Origin: Macrostomum lignano
Taxonomy: Eukaryota
Assembly (NCBI GenBank): GCA_002269645.1
Contig: NIVC01001661.1
Span: forward strand, 124,001-188,000
Length of the DNA stretch: 64,000 nucleotides
Direction: 5' to 3'
This document shows, one piece after another, positions 1-14,000 of the stretch (positions within the stretch are counted from its first letter, which is position 1; every line of letters begins with the position of its first letter). Both the position numbers and the translations under genes were made by a program. The notes beneath the pieces were generated by a model. That model made no database searches. It saw only the letters and a list, made by a program, of their open reading frames with translations, and was not told the DNA's origin.

Positions 1-480
1 GAATTCTCTCCATGAAATAGATATTCATCAATATTTTTTTGTGAAACCTAAATCCATCAAAATCCTCTCCGTAAAACTGATACTCACCAAAATTCACTCC
101 GTGAAACTGATATTCATTAAAATCCTTTCTGTGAAACTTAAATCCATCAAAATCCTCTCCGTGAAACTGATATTCATCAAAATTCATTCTGTGAAACAGA
201 TATTCATCAAAATCCTCTCTGTGAAACTTAAATCCATCAAAATCCTTTCTGTAAAGTTTAAATCCATCAAAATCCTCTTCGTGAAATATAAATCCATCAA
301 AATCCTCTCTATGAAACTTAAATCTATCAAAATTCTCTCTGTGAAACTTAAATCCATCAAATCCTCTCTATGAAACTTAAATATATCAAAATCCTTTCCA
401 TGAAATGCAATATTTATCAAAATTCACTCCATTAAACAAAAATCTATCAATATTATCTCCTTCAAGCAGAAATCCATCAA
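1..480 (+). repeat. 30-bp minisatellite
   Basis: Unit AATCCTCTCTGTGAAACTTAAATCCATCAA; runs off the window start. Confidence 0.9.
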
Positions 481-2022
481 TTTAATCAACAATTGGAGTG
501 TATTAAAAAGGTTTTTAATTGTCTGTCTTAAATATATATATACAAAAAAGGATTCAGTGGTTAGGGTTAGAGCTACACTGTGCTGCCCATTAAAAGGTGC
601 CGATAATAAAAAAATTGAACCAATTGAATCAATTGATTGCAAAAATGATTTTTTAGTCAGTATGAGTCTCAGTTAAAGTTAACAAATTGATTGCAAAATC
701 TAAATCAACCCTCTAATACACAGTGGCAGTTGAAGCCTCCAAATTTATCTATTGCATCTTGCAAAAATAAGTACAATCTTTGCAGAAAGTTATAAGTATA
801 GAAATCGTTTTTGAATGCTGTGCTTTTAGTTTTCATACTTAAAGCAAACAACTTATATCCCCAAACTCAGCATTGAAAGATCTTTCCAGCAATATAAGTC
901 TTTTCTCTCAAAGTTCAAAACTCGAGGAACAGTTTGTGTTTGAAATTTCCCAGTTTAAAGCATTGTATTTTTTAGTGTACATTCACTGCCTGCTACAGTG
1001 AGAGGCTCGCAAGTTTACGCATTGAATTTCACTGCCTGCCAGTTAGCAAGGGTCCAAGTGTACACATGCAGCCACTTAGAATGCCCTATCCACCCCACTG
1101 GAGAGAAAATACACTGCCAAGATAGGAAAAAGTTGTGGCGCAATCACTCAAAATTGATGCAAATTTTCAGTTTGATGCTCTGAATTTTTAGTTCAAAGCA
1201 GAAAAAGTGGCCAAAGAAGGTTAAGAAAACAGTTTTCTGTTTTTTTAACAGACTTAATTTTGAAAATTTCAACATTTAAATAGCCTATTGTTGCATAAGA
1301 AAATTCTGCATTGATATATATAAGTCCTGCATTTGAGTTGGCAGCTGTCTAGGAGGATATACATGTTAAACCCAGTCAGTCGATTGATCCACTCAGCTTT
1401 AGATATAAGATTGTAAGAAATATATTATTGCTTAAGTTTTATATTTCTCCAAGTCATTAGAATGAGAATGAGAGATATAATGCAAAGTAATACTATTTGG
1501 GACAGTTTTAACCCAAATTAGCAAAGGAACTTTTGACAAAAAATATTTTGCAGTGACCATTTTGACTAAAGCTTGCCATTTTGGCAAATGATTTGTTAAG
1601 AGTAGTCCAAGCTTTGGCAAAGAATTTTTGTTATTGTAGGAAAAGTTAAGATCATTAGAGATTATAAATATACACTGCCTATATATAGACTACTATATAT
1701 ATATATATTTAAATATATATATGCATAACCTTTGAAATTATATTAGCCATACAACTTAGCTTTGCATTTTACTTTAATAAAAAGTAAGAAAAATCTAAAT
1801 GATAATTTAAAAAAAATATTAAGATTTCATCAATTTTTCAATTTACCCTTGACCTTAGCAATTATTTTTATTGCATTAAAATTTTTTGTTTTTATAGATC
1901 TTATTATCAATTGTCTTAAAATTTAAATATTTTATTCATTTAAAATGGTGATAAACTAAGTTTCACCAAATCAATTTGCCCATTGCAGCAATGAGCATAT
2001 TAATCAAGTGCCAGTAGTGAGC

Positions 2023-5000
2023 ATGTACTTTCTATCAGGATGGCCGCAGCTGCTTACTAATTGTATTGGATATTCCTGGAAAAATTGCCTACTAAGTGAG
2101 TAACAGTTTTCAGAAGTGCATTTAAAGTTTTAAGCTACTAATAGTAGTTAATAAAAAATAAAATGATTAAAAAATAATTTCAGGCCATCAATTTCTGCAG
2201 ACATTTGATGAGCATCCACATCTTGTGTTGTTTGCTTCTGACTATTCATTTTACATTTACAATGTCAGGGTAAGTGTTACAATATGTTACATAGCATATG
2301 TATAGACATTTTAGTCTACTTATTGTAGCATTATATGGTTTCAATTTTGAAGGCCTGATATATAATTGCTTTTTGTGATGTGCCTTTCCTGTAATGAGAT
2401 TAACCTTGTTTTTCTGTACTTATTCATATTCTTTCTGTACTGATTCATCTTGTTTCTGTACTGATTAATCTTGTTTCTGTACTGATTAATATTATTCCTG
2501 TACTGATTATTCTTGTTTCTGTACTGATTCAACTTTCTCATGTACTGATTTATTCTTTCTCCTGTACTGATTCATCTTGTTCCTGTACTGATTCATCTTG
2601 TTCCTGTACTGATTCATCTTGTTCCTGTACTGATTCATCTTGTTCCTGTACTGATTCATTCTTTCTCCTGTACTGATTCATCTTGTTCCTGTACTGATTC
2701 ATCTTGTTCCTGTACTGATTCATCATGTTCCTGTACTGATTCATCTTGTTCCTGTACTGATTCATCTTGTTCCTGTACTGATTCATCATGTTCCTGTACT
2801 GATTCATCTTGTTCCTGTACTGATTCATCTTGTTCCTGTACTGATTCATCTTGTTCCTGTACTGATTTGCATTGAATTTGCCCATTTCAGACCTGCATCC
2901 AGCTGTGCTCCTACAACAGGTCTCAAGAGTCTGTCAATCACTATGGCGAGACTCAACTGGTTCTGCTCAGCCAGACCAACACTATTCTAGCTGCTTCGGT
3001 AATCAAATAGCCAATTGATTTAAATGGAATTTTGCTAGACAATTTATTTTTAAAGGTTATTTACGTTTATAAATTTAATTATTAATATATTTCAGACAAC
3101 TCTAGGCTACATTCTAATTCTCACTGTCGACTTAGGCGATGGCGACAGCTCTGTATTGGTGTCCGACATGGATGTGTGAGTCATATTCAGCTGTTCCTAC
3201 TAGTATGGATAGTGGCAGTAGTATCATATGATCATTATTGTTGGATAATACTAATAGTTGCTATATGATTCTAAAAAATAGCTCAGCTGCAACCTCCAGC
3301 TATCCGCCCCCGATCCTCCGGCTATCCGCCCCCGATCCTCCGGCTATCCGCCCCCGATCCTCCGGCTATCCGCCCCCGATCCTTCGGCTATCCGCTCCCC
3401 GATCGGCCTGCTATCCGCCCCCGATCCTCCGGCTATCCGCTCCCCGATCCTCCGGCTATCCGCTACCCGATCCTCCGGCTATCCGCCCCCGATCGGCCTG
3501 CTATCCGCCTCCAGCTATCTACCCCCGATCCTCCGGCTTTCCACCCCGATTCTCCAGCTATCCGCCCTCTGATCCTCCGGCTATCCGCTACCCGATCCTC
3601 CGGCTATCCGCCCCCGATCCTCCGGCTATCCGCCCCCGATCCTCCGGCTATCCGCCCTCTGATCCTCCGGCTATCGGCCCTCTGATCCTCCGGCTATCCG
3701 CTCCCCGATCCTCCGGCTATCCGCCCCCGATCCTCCGGCTATCCGCTCCCCGATCCTCCGGCTATCCGCCCCCGATCCTCCGGCTATCCGCTCCCCGATC
3801 CTCCGGCTATCCGCCCCCGATCCTCCGGCTATCCGCTCCCCGATCCTTCGGCTATCCGCTCCCCGATCCTCCGGCTATCCGCCCCCGATCCTTCGGCTAT
3901 CCGCTCCCCGATCCTCCGGCTATCCGCTCCCCGATCCTCCGGCTATCCGCTCCCCGATACTCCGGTTATCCGCCCCCGATCGGCCTGCTATCCGCCTCCA
4001 GCTATCTACCCCCGATCCTCCGGCTTTCCACCCCGATTCTCCAGCTATCCGCCCTCTGATCCTCCGGCTATCCGCTACCCGATCCTCCGGCTATCCGCCC
4101 CCGATCCTCCGGCTATCCGCCCCCGATCCTCCGGCTATCCGCCCTCTGATCCTCCGGCTATCCGCCCTCTGATCCTCCGGCTATCCGCTCCCGATTCTGT
4201 CTATCTGCCCCGATCGTATATCTCCCACTCCAACTGATCGCTCCAGCCGGCAGGGTCGAACAGGCAAGTCGGCTCCCGGCCGTCAGCCTCTGGTTTCGCT
4301 TCGCCTGTCTGACGCAATCCACCTGGGCAGTCAGGTGACGTCAATGTGCCACTTCAAAGACGACCTGATTGTGGCTACTAAAGATGGCCTAATTCGTCGG
4401 TTGCGCTGGAATGGCGGCGCCTCGCAGTCTGTCATTGTTAGCGAAAAGCAGAATCAGCAACAGCAACAGAATCAACATCAGTCTGTAGATCTGCGTCAGG
4501 TGACGTTTTTCTACGATCTGGAGCATTCAAGAGCAACTAGACTCGCCGAGGAGGGCCTGCACTGTCGCCACTTGGAGTTCAGTCCAAGTTTAGGCGTTTT
4601 CGTGCTGCTGCTGTCCAATGGCAAGGCTGCCCTGCTGGCCACTAACTCGGCTACTAAGCTGGACCAGAAGGTGCGCGTTCAGTTCGGTATTATTCATTCT
4701 ATGCTCTTTCTGTTCTAGTAGGACGTATGAAGATACTGACAGACACATCAAGATACTGACAGAGCCATCAAGATACTGGCAGACACATAAAGATACTGAC
4801 AGACACATCAAGATACTGACAGACACATGCAGATACGGGCAGACACATAAAGATACTGGAAGACACATAAAGATACTGACAGACACATAAAGATACTGAC
4901 AGACACATAAAGATACTGACAGACACATAAAGATACTGACAGTCACATGAAGACACTGGCAGACACATAAAGATACTGACAGACACATCGGGATACTGGC

Positions 5001-8000
5001 AGACACAAGATACTGGCAGACACAAAGATACTGACAGACACATCAAGATGCTAGTAGACACATGAAGATACGGGTAGACAAATGAAGATACCGGCAGACA
5101 CATGAAGATACCGGCAGACACATTAAGATACCGGCAGACACATGAAGATACTGGCAGACACATGAAGATACCGGCAGACACATGAAGATACTGGCAGGCA
5201 CATGAAGATACCGGCAGACACATTAAGATACTGGCAGGCACATGAAGATACTGGCAGGCACATGAAGATACCGGCAGACACATTAAGATACCGGCAGACA
5301 CATGAAGATACCGGCAGACACATTAAGATACCGGCAGACACATTAAGATACTGGCAGGCACATGAAGATACTGGCAGGCACATGAAGATACCGGCAGACA
5401 CATTAAGATACTGGCAGATACATTGGTAGACACACTAAGATACGGACGGACACATGAAAAGCACAAGCTAGACACAGGAACAGACAATGATGCGGGTAGA
5501 AAGCGGCAGACAGACAAGGCTACATGAGACAGAGACAAACGCTACATTAAAAAGACATTGCATGCATGAAGAGACACAATTGATATGAAGCACAACACAC
5601 TCAAATATCTATATTTAAAATCCAGCTGGTCGAAGGCATCCTAGCCGAGAATCTGAAGTACGCCACCTGCATGTCGGTCAATAATAAATATCGAACCGTT
5701 GCATTCGGAGGCCGCGGCACCGACGTGGTCATATTCACCGCCGACGACGATACTAGCGCATTCGCTATGAGCAATCGGTTCCGCCTGACGCCGAAGCACC
5801 ATCCGCCGGGGCTGGGTCTGGCAGCTGGGCAACAGACTCAGCTATTGGCTCTGAGATGGACCCCAGACTGTGCGGTGCTGCTAGGCCTGTGGGACAGGGG
5901 ACACATCGCCCTCTGGACAGCTGGCGGCTTCCTGCTGCTGTCCATTCCGGCTCCAGCCTCGCCAGCAGCGGGCCTTATCGACGCCTGCTGGTGCTGCAGC
6001 GGCTACCTCATGGCTACCATCACCGATCGAGGCGGCCTGTCTCTGTATAGCTTTGTCAAGTCCGGATTAGTTGATAATCCTTGCCAGGGCAATCTGCGGC
6101 ATATTGTGCAGTGCGGCCCCGATCGGGTGTTCCTATCGCCGCATCATCCTCATACTAGCGGCGCTGAGCCCGCTCAGCTCTACGGCGGCAGTAAAAACTG
6201 GCACACTGCCTGCCTGCCGGCCCTGTATACTGCCGCTCACTGGCCTATACGGGTGAGTTTCAGTGTGTTGCGAGTGTCACCGGCATATGCGGGACCTTAC
6301 TGCCTTTTAAATGGATCCTTGTCCTCCGACTCCTCCCCTGACCTTCTAATGACCCTCCTCCCCTGACCATCCACTGACCCTCTCCTGACATTCCACGGCC
6401 CTCCTCTGACCTTCAAAGACCCTCCTCCCCTGACTTTCCAATGACCCTCCCCTGACATTTCATGATCCTTCTCTGACCTGCCAATGATCCTCCCCTGGCC
6501 TTTCAATAAACATCTCCTGACCATCCAATGACCCTCCCTGCCGCCTTCCCTTTTCTTCCAATAGCCCTCCTATGACCCTCCCTAGTCCTTCCCACGACCC
6601 TCCTTTAACCCTCCCCCAGCTCCTCAATTACGCGAGATCGCCTCCATGTCACCGTTAAGCCCCCAACGCACCCCTCTGCCGCAGCACGTGAGCATAGACG
6701 AAGGCGGCCGTTACCTGGCCGTGGCCGGCAGCCGAGGCTTCCTGCACTACGCCATCGCTACTCGAAAATGGAAATTATTTGGCAACGAAACGCAGGAGCG
6801 CAGCTTCACAGTGCAAGGCGGCTTAGTCTGGTGGGGCGCCGACTATATCTGCATGAGCGATGTTAGCTTAGAGAGCGGCCGAGCCGAGGTGAGAAATTAC
6901 TTTTCATTGTCAATTGAAATTCGGTTTTTAAGGATGAGAAATTCCCTCTCATTGTAGATGAGAGATTCCTCTTTTTAAAGCTGAGAAATACCCCCTCATT
7001 CTAGATGAGAGATTCCTCTTTCTAAAGCTGAGAGATTCCCCTTCATTCTAAATGAGAGATTCCTCTTTTTAAAGCTGAGAAATACTGCTTCATTATGGAT
7101 GAGAGATTGCTCTTTTTAAAGCTGAGAAATACCCTTCATTATCGATGAGAGATTCCTCTTTTTGAAGATGAGAAATTCCCTTTTAACGAACGAGAGATTC
7201 ATTCAATGAGAAATTCTCGCACAGCACCAAAGCCGCCCCAATTCCGATTCCCTCAGCTGCGCGTGTACCCTCGACAGTCTCGCCTAGACAATGCCCAGGC
7301 CTGCATTCACCGGCTAGCCCAGCACGTGCGCCAACCGCAGCTGGTGAATCTCCTTGGCAACCAGCTGGTGCTGCTGAGCGCCAACTGTCAGTTAGACATG
7401 TTCACCCTGTCCGAATCTGACGGCCAGGCTAAGCTGAGTCACGTGCAAGAGTTAAGCCTATCCAGTTATATGCTTGACGCCGGCTGCGTATTGCAAATCT
7501 GTTTAACTAATCTGCGCTCCGAGATTGGCGGCGCTTTCCCATCGGCTAGTGGCGGCGGCGGCGTCAGCGCCTCCTTTGACTCGGCTGACTTGGCCGGTCG
7601 CAGCCGTCATCAGTCAGGCGGACAGCAGCATCCGGAGTCTGTGCTAGTGAACTATTCTGGCAGGCTGTACTTCTTTCAGCGCGATCGCGGCGGGCTCATG
7701 CCGGTGACCGCGGCAACTGCGGCAGCTTACGAACAGCATCAGCTGGCCTCGTCGGCTGTGATTGGCTCACCGGTTGCTAGGCCGTTGCCATTCTGCTCGC
7801 CAATGGTGATTGCAACTAATGTTGAAATTGTGTGGACACCGCCACATCGGCCTAAAACTCCCGCTCAGCGGCAGCGTCACGTGACCGACTCGATCTGGCT
7901 AAACTGCGGATCTCAGGTTTGCCTATTGTATTTTGTATTCTTAAAGTACTCTGTCTGTCTATAATACTTTAATTGCATAGTCCCGAACAATCATCTGAAT

Positions 8001-11000
8001 GTCTGATCCTAATCCTCTAGGTGTCTTCTAATCCCTATTGATTATGTCCTAATCTCTTTTTATCTAATCCTAATCCCCTCTTGATCCTGTCCTAATCCTC
8101 TTTTGATCCTGTCTTAATCCCCTATTGATCCTGTCCTAATCCTTTTTTGATCTTGTCTTAATCCCCTATTGATTCTGCCCTAATCCCCTCTTGATACTGT
8201 CCTAATCCCTTCTTGATCTTTTCCTAATCCCCTATTGATATTGTCCCAATCCCTTCTTGATCCTGCCCTAATCCCCTCTTGATCCTGCCCTAATCCCCTC
8301 TTGATACTGTCCTAATCCCTTCTTGATCTTTTCCTAATCCCCTATTGATATTGTCCCAATCCCTTCTTGATCCTGCCCTAATCCCCTCTTGATCCTGCCC
8401 TAATCCCCTCTTGATCCTGTCCTAATCCCCTATTGATCCTGTCCTAATCTCCTATTGATCTTGTCCTAATCCCCTATTGATCCTGTCCTAATCCCCTATT
8501 GATCTTGTCCTAATCCCCTATTGATCCTGTCCTAATCCCCTATTGATCCTGTCCTAATCCCCTATTGATCTTGTCCTAATCCCCTATTGATCCTGTCCTA
8601 ATCCCCTATTGATCCTGTCCTAATCCCCTATTGATCCTGTCCTAATCCCCTATTGATCCTGCCCTAATCCCCTATTGATCCTGTCCTAATCCCCTATTGA
8701 TCCTGCCCTAATCCCCTATTGATCCTGCCCTAATCCCCTCTTGATCCTGTCCTAATCCCCTATTGATCCTGTCCTAATCCCCTATTGATCCTGTCCTAAT
8801 CCCCTATTGATCTTGTCCTAATCCCCTATTGATCCTGTCCTAATCCCCTATTGATCCTGTCCTAATCCCCTATTGATCCTGTCCTAATCCCCTATTGATC
8901 CTGCCCTAATCCCCTCTTGATACTGTCCTAATCCCTTCTTGATCCTGCCCTAATCCCCTATTGATCCTGTCCTAATCCCCTATTGATCCTGTCCTAATCT
9001 CTTATTGATCTTGTCCTAATCCCCTATTGATCCTGTCCTAATCTCCTATTGATCCTGTCCTAATCCCCTATTGATCCTGTCCTAATCCCCTATTGATCCT
9101 GTCCTAATCCCCTATTGATCCTGTCCTAATCCCCTATTGATCCTGTCCTAATCCCCTATTGATCCTGTCCTAATCTCTTATTGATCTTGTCCTAATCCCC
9201 TATTGATCCTGTCCTAATCTCCTATTGATCTTGTCCTAATTCCCTATTGATCTTGTCCTAATCCTTTCCTAATCCTTCACTGATCTTTTTCCTCTCTGGT
9301 CTGGTCGATAATGTCCGTATCATGAACAATAAAGCTGTGCATTCCAATTTGCAAAATATCTCAATCGTGCTCACTGCTTATTAAACACACCTGCAGGGCA
9401 TGCGAGTCTGGCTACCGCTGGTATCATCGAATCGCGAGTCTAAAGGCTACCTGTCCAAACGGATTATGCTGCCATTCTGCGTTGAGATTTATCCGCTAGG
9501 TGAGCTAAAGGGAGAATTTTCTGTGTTAAAAGGGTTGGGATTGTTGGAAATTCTGTTGATTATCAAAATCCCCTAATCCCTTAACCGTCCGCAGTTGTAC
9601 TGTTTGAGGAGGTCCTATTCCTGAGCTGTATTAACGAAGTCTCCCAGTCGATTGGCCTGACCCTGTCCCAGGGTCGAGTCTCCGGGCCGTCCGATAATAT
9701 CTCGCCTCTGGCTTTGATGCCCTTCAATGTCATTGAGAAAACTGTAAGAGTTGATTTGGCTGCGTTGGAATTCTATTTATTCTTCATTTACGGTACATCA
9801 CTGTGTATCTATTCAATTTGTTTTCATTTCAGAGTCAAATTTTCCTTAATCATATTGTCAAACAGTTGCTGCGGAAAAAGTGAGTCATCAATCTGCTGTC
9901 AGTTACACTATTGAATAGTTGTAAATCTCACTGTCTACCCCCGGTCTACTTGTCTGCATCTCACTGTCTACTCTGTCCTCGTCTGTCTGCATCTCACCAT
10001 TCTACTGTCTAAATCTCACTGTCTACCCCTATCTCTACCTGTCTGCATCTCACCATCTACTGTCTAAATCTCACTGTCTACCCATATCTACCTGTCTGCA
10101 TCTCACCATCTACTGTCTAAATCTCACTGTCTTACCCCAATCTCTACCTGTCTGCATCTCACCATCTACTGTCTAAATCTCACTGTCTTACCCCAATCTC
10201 TACCTGTCTGCATCTCACCATCTACTGTCTAAATCTCAATGTCTACCCCTATCTCTACCTGTCTGCATCTCACCATCCGCCTTCATACTCCAAACAATAC
10301 GCCTTAGTAGATCTGAGCCGCTCCGAAAAAGTGACTCAATCGGCGAATCCCTGGTCCACTTTCAGTCTTGGCCACCACGCCCTGCACATAGCCAAGTCCA
10401 GCGCCCATCTCACCTATTTCAACCACTGCCTGGAGCTGCTGCTACACGAAGTCCTAGAAGAGGAAGCCACCAGCAAGGAGCCGGTGCCTGACCCTCTCTT
10501 GCCCAGGGTGGTGGCCTTTGTACAAGAGTTCCCCGCCCAATACCTGGACACGGTGGCCAGGTGCGCCAGGAAAACCGAAGTATCACTCTGGCCCTACCTA
10601 TTCGCCAATGTTGGCAGTCCTAAAGACCTATTCGAAGTGAGCTTAGTTAATGGCCAATTGAAGACCGCCGCGTCCTACCTGCTCATACTGGAGAACACCG
10701 AGAAACCCATTGTTAGCAAGCAGCACGCCACTTTACTGTTGGACGCTGCTCTAGACCGCGAGGACTGGAATCTGGCTCGCGATCTCATTCGCTTTCTCAA
10801 GAGCATCGACCCGGCCGAGCTGGCTGACACCGCCACCGCCGCCGCGCCCGCGCCGCAGGCTAAACGGCACCACGCCGGAGCCATGCGCTATCCGTCTGGA
10901 CCGTTGAAGTCCGGCTCCTCGTCTATTGCTGGCCAGGATGTCGCTGACACATTCGCTGCTAGGCGGTGAGGCTGACGGGTGGGACTGTCAGAGTGATCTA

Positions 11001-14000
11001 GGCGATTCTGTGGAGTGACTGTCGGAGTGAACTTGGTGATTCTGTGGAGTGACTGGCGGAGTGATCTAGGTGATTCTGTGGAGTGACTGGCGGAGTGATC
11101 TAGGTGATTCTGTGGAGTGACTGGCGAAGTGAACTTGGTGATTCTGTGGAGTGACTGGCGGAGTGATCTAGGCGATTCTGTGGAGTGACTGGTGGAGTGA
11201 ACTTGGTGATTCTGTGGAGTGACTGGCGGAGTGATCTAGGCGATTCTGTGGAGTGACTGGCGGAGTGATCTAGGTGATTCTGTGGAGTGACTGGCGGAGT
11301 GATCTAGGTGATTCTGTGGAGTGACTGGCGAAGTGATCTAGGTGATTCTGTGGAGTGACTGGCTGAGGGAACTTGGTGATTCTGTGGAGTGACTGGCTGA
11401 GTGAACTTGGTGATTCTGTGGAGTGACTGGCTGAGTGAACTTAGTGATTCTGTTGAGTGACTGGCTGAGTGAACTTGGTGATTCTGTTTAGTGACTGGCT
11501 GAGTCAACTTGGTGATTCTGTTGAGTGACTGGCTGAGGGAACTCGGTGATTCCATGAGCTGTTGGATGTTGTTAAGAGTTATCTTGTTGCTACCTATGAA
11601 TGCATTAATTAAACTTGAAAGTAGTGTTGTCGACTTGTTGCACTCAAGGTACTAAAATTGTTATTTGTTTTAGTATTAATTTACCTACATGTAATCTCTT
11701 GATGGCAAAATTTCGGTATGCATGGCGTGATGTTATTAATAAATTTACTTTTTTAATGCATGCTCTACTTGTTGAAACGTTACGGTGAAAAAATAACACC
11801 TACAGGGACTTTAGCGACTCTGGGGTGACTCTTAAGACGATTTTTTGACGACTTGTACCGTGACATCTCGGTCGTTTTAGAGTCGTCTAGAGTCGCTTCT
11901 TTCCTATTTTACCTGTATTATCTGAAACAACTCTGAGGCGACACAAGTCACTCTGGGACGCTTCTTGTGCCCTGGGTACCGTTTTCATCGGGCTACTGAC
12001 TCGTATTGATTTGCGGTTGTTTCATTTCTATACTCAAACACTGCATGCACTAACTCTTCTATACGCCAATTACTTTCAGAAGTTCAGCCTCGTACGGCCT
12101 TTCAGCTGGCCGTCTGAACCAGTACCAAACAAAGTCTGTTGCGCAGCTTTTGGCCTCGAGCCGTTTTGTTATTTATATAACTTCACTGTTTAATTGTTGC
12201 ACTAACAAGTTTTCTCTCGCTTGTAGTCTATTATATTAACTTTAATAAGAGTCAAATCTACAAGCTATAGCTCAGGGTTCGGGGGAATCAACATTGGCAT
12301 GCTTGCCTCCTCCTCCCTGGCTGTGCGGGTCAACTGTCGCCCCTTGATTTGCGACTTAGCAAGGTATCGATAGGAGTCCCTTGACATTGTGGTGACCTCT
12401 GCGTAAAAACTACTTACTACTAATAGTACTCTCACCATTGATTTAGTTGGCTAATTTGTTTCTCTCATGTCAAATATTTATATACTTGATTTAGTGTGTT
12501 TTTTCTACTACTAACACAGCTACTATTATGTGCTAGTTGCACTACTGCTAGTAGAAATACGAGGGTCATCCCAAAAGTTTCAGCAAACGCCTATTAATTT
12601 TCAACAAACGAGTGTCAGAACAATGAACATGTCAAAAACCTTCCAAATAACTTCCGTTGACTTGAATTGTGCGCTCCCAACGGCCAGGCAACTTCTGAAC
12701 GCCATCAGCAGCGCCGGATTCGCACAGGTCTTTTGCAATGCGGCCGACCTCGCTGAACAGGTCATCCAGGCAATGGAAACGACGCCCTCGGAGCTGGTTC
12801 TTAAGCTTCGGAAAAAGGTCGAAATCGCAGGGACTGAGGTCTGGGGAGTAAGGAGGATGAGGCAGCACCTCCCACTGGTAGTCCCGCAGTAGGTCCTGCA
12901 CAATGCGGGCTGTGTGCGAACTGGCATTGTCGTGCAGAAGGAGTGGACCAAGTTCCAGGGTCTGTGGCCGCTTTTTGCGCAAGGCAGGCCGAAGATGGTG
13001 AATAATGAAGCTCGACGAGGGGATTCCGGACAGCTCAGTCATTTCTTCGCATGTCCAACGGCGATAGATGTTCACCAGCCCTTGGATCAACTCAATGTTC
13101 GACTCTGTGCGAGCTTCTTTTGGCCTTCCAGATCGTGGGTCATATCCTCGACATCAGAGCGGCCATTCTTGAATCGACTGTACCAGTCGTACACGGCTCG
13201 CTGGCTCATCGCATTTGGCCCATGGGCCTGCAGCAACTGACGGTGAATTTGAGCTGCAGGGACACCACGAAGACATTCCGTTTTTATGTATGAGCGCTAC
13301 TCCAAGTTCGACGGAAATTCCATTTTATCGTTGTCGGCCGATGTTTGATTTAGTATCTCACAAAATGTTCTTTAGAAAACAGAATTTTGCAGCTAGAATG
13401 CTAAAAACTTACTCAGACACCCGAAATATGCTCATCTTTCGTGTGGTATAAGTGCTGTAGTCCTAAAAGTTGTCTATGGCACAAAATCATTCGATTGCTG
13501 AAACTTTTGGGATGACCCTCGTACAAGAAAATACTATTAAAAATTTAGAAAATTGGCTAAAATTTCTAATAAAATTTTTCTGCCAGATCTGGGACTCAGA
13601 GAGACGGCAGCGCCGGCAAGTCAGCAGCTGCCGCGGCGTCCGTAGCAGCGGCGTCGATCACAACGTCGACAACGTCCGGTGCGTCATCGGCTGCCGGCAC
13701 TTCATCAGCAGGCGTCAATGCGGAATTGACTGTACTGGCTGCAGCTGGAACAACAGGCGGCAGCGGCATTGCTAGTCCAGCTGGTTCCACAGCCTCTGCC
13801 GGAGCTGGCGGCTTCAGCGCCGGCAGTCTGGCTAGCGGCCTGCCTAACCTTTCCGACGAAGTCAACGGCATTCTGCTGCGGCACGCCCGCAATCTGCTCG
13901 GTCACTATCGGGTACACGAGCTGGCCAGATTCGCTGCTAATATCGAGTTCGAGAACAACCAGTTTGTGGCCTGGCTCAGGCGGGAAAGGTTTGCAGTTAT

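Noticed and set aside
561-570. TTAGGGTTAG telomere-like sequence
   Set aside because: Fewer than two units; expected by chance.
3238-4059. Long ORFs in repeats (also 14043-14621, 26756-27409, 26779-27357, 35107-35754, 41944-43769, 44085-44845, 55337-56085)
   Set aside because: They are translations of stop-free tandem units, mostly inside introns or spacers already explained by gene models, and show no family motifs.
10315-10340. GCTCCGAAAAAGTGACTCA resembles the exon 11 donor GCTGCGGAAAAAGTGAGTCA
   Set aside because: The match is short and imperfect, with no duplicated exon body upstream.
10985-11555. Regularly spaced 34-bp repeats (and other arrays) as CRISPR
   Set aside because: Units are head-to-tail with no unique spacers, in a eukaryotic intron context with no cas genes.
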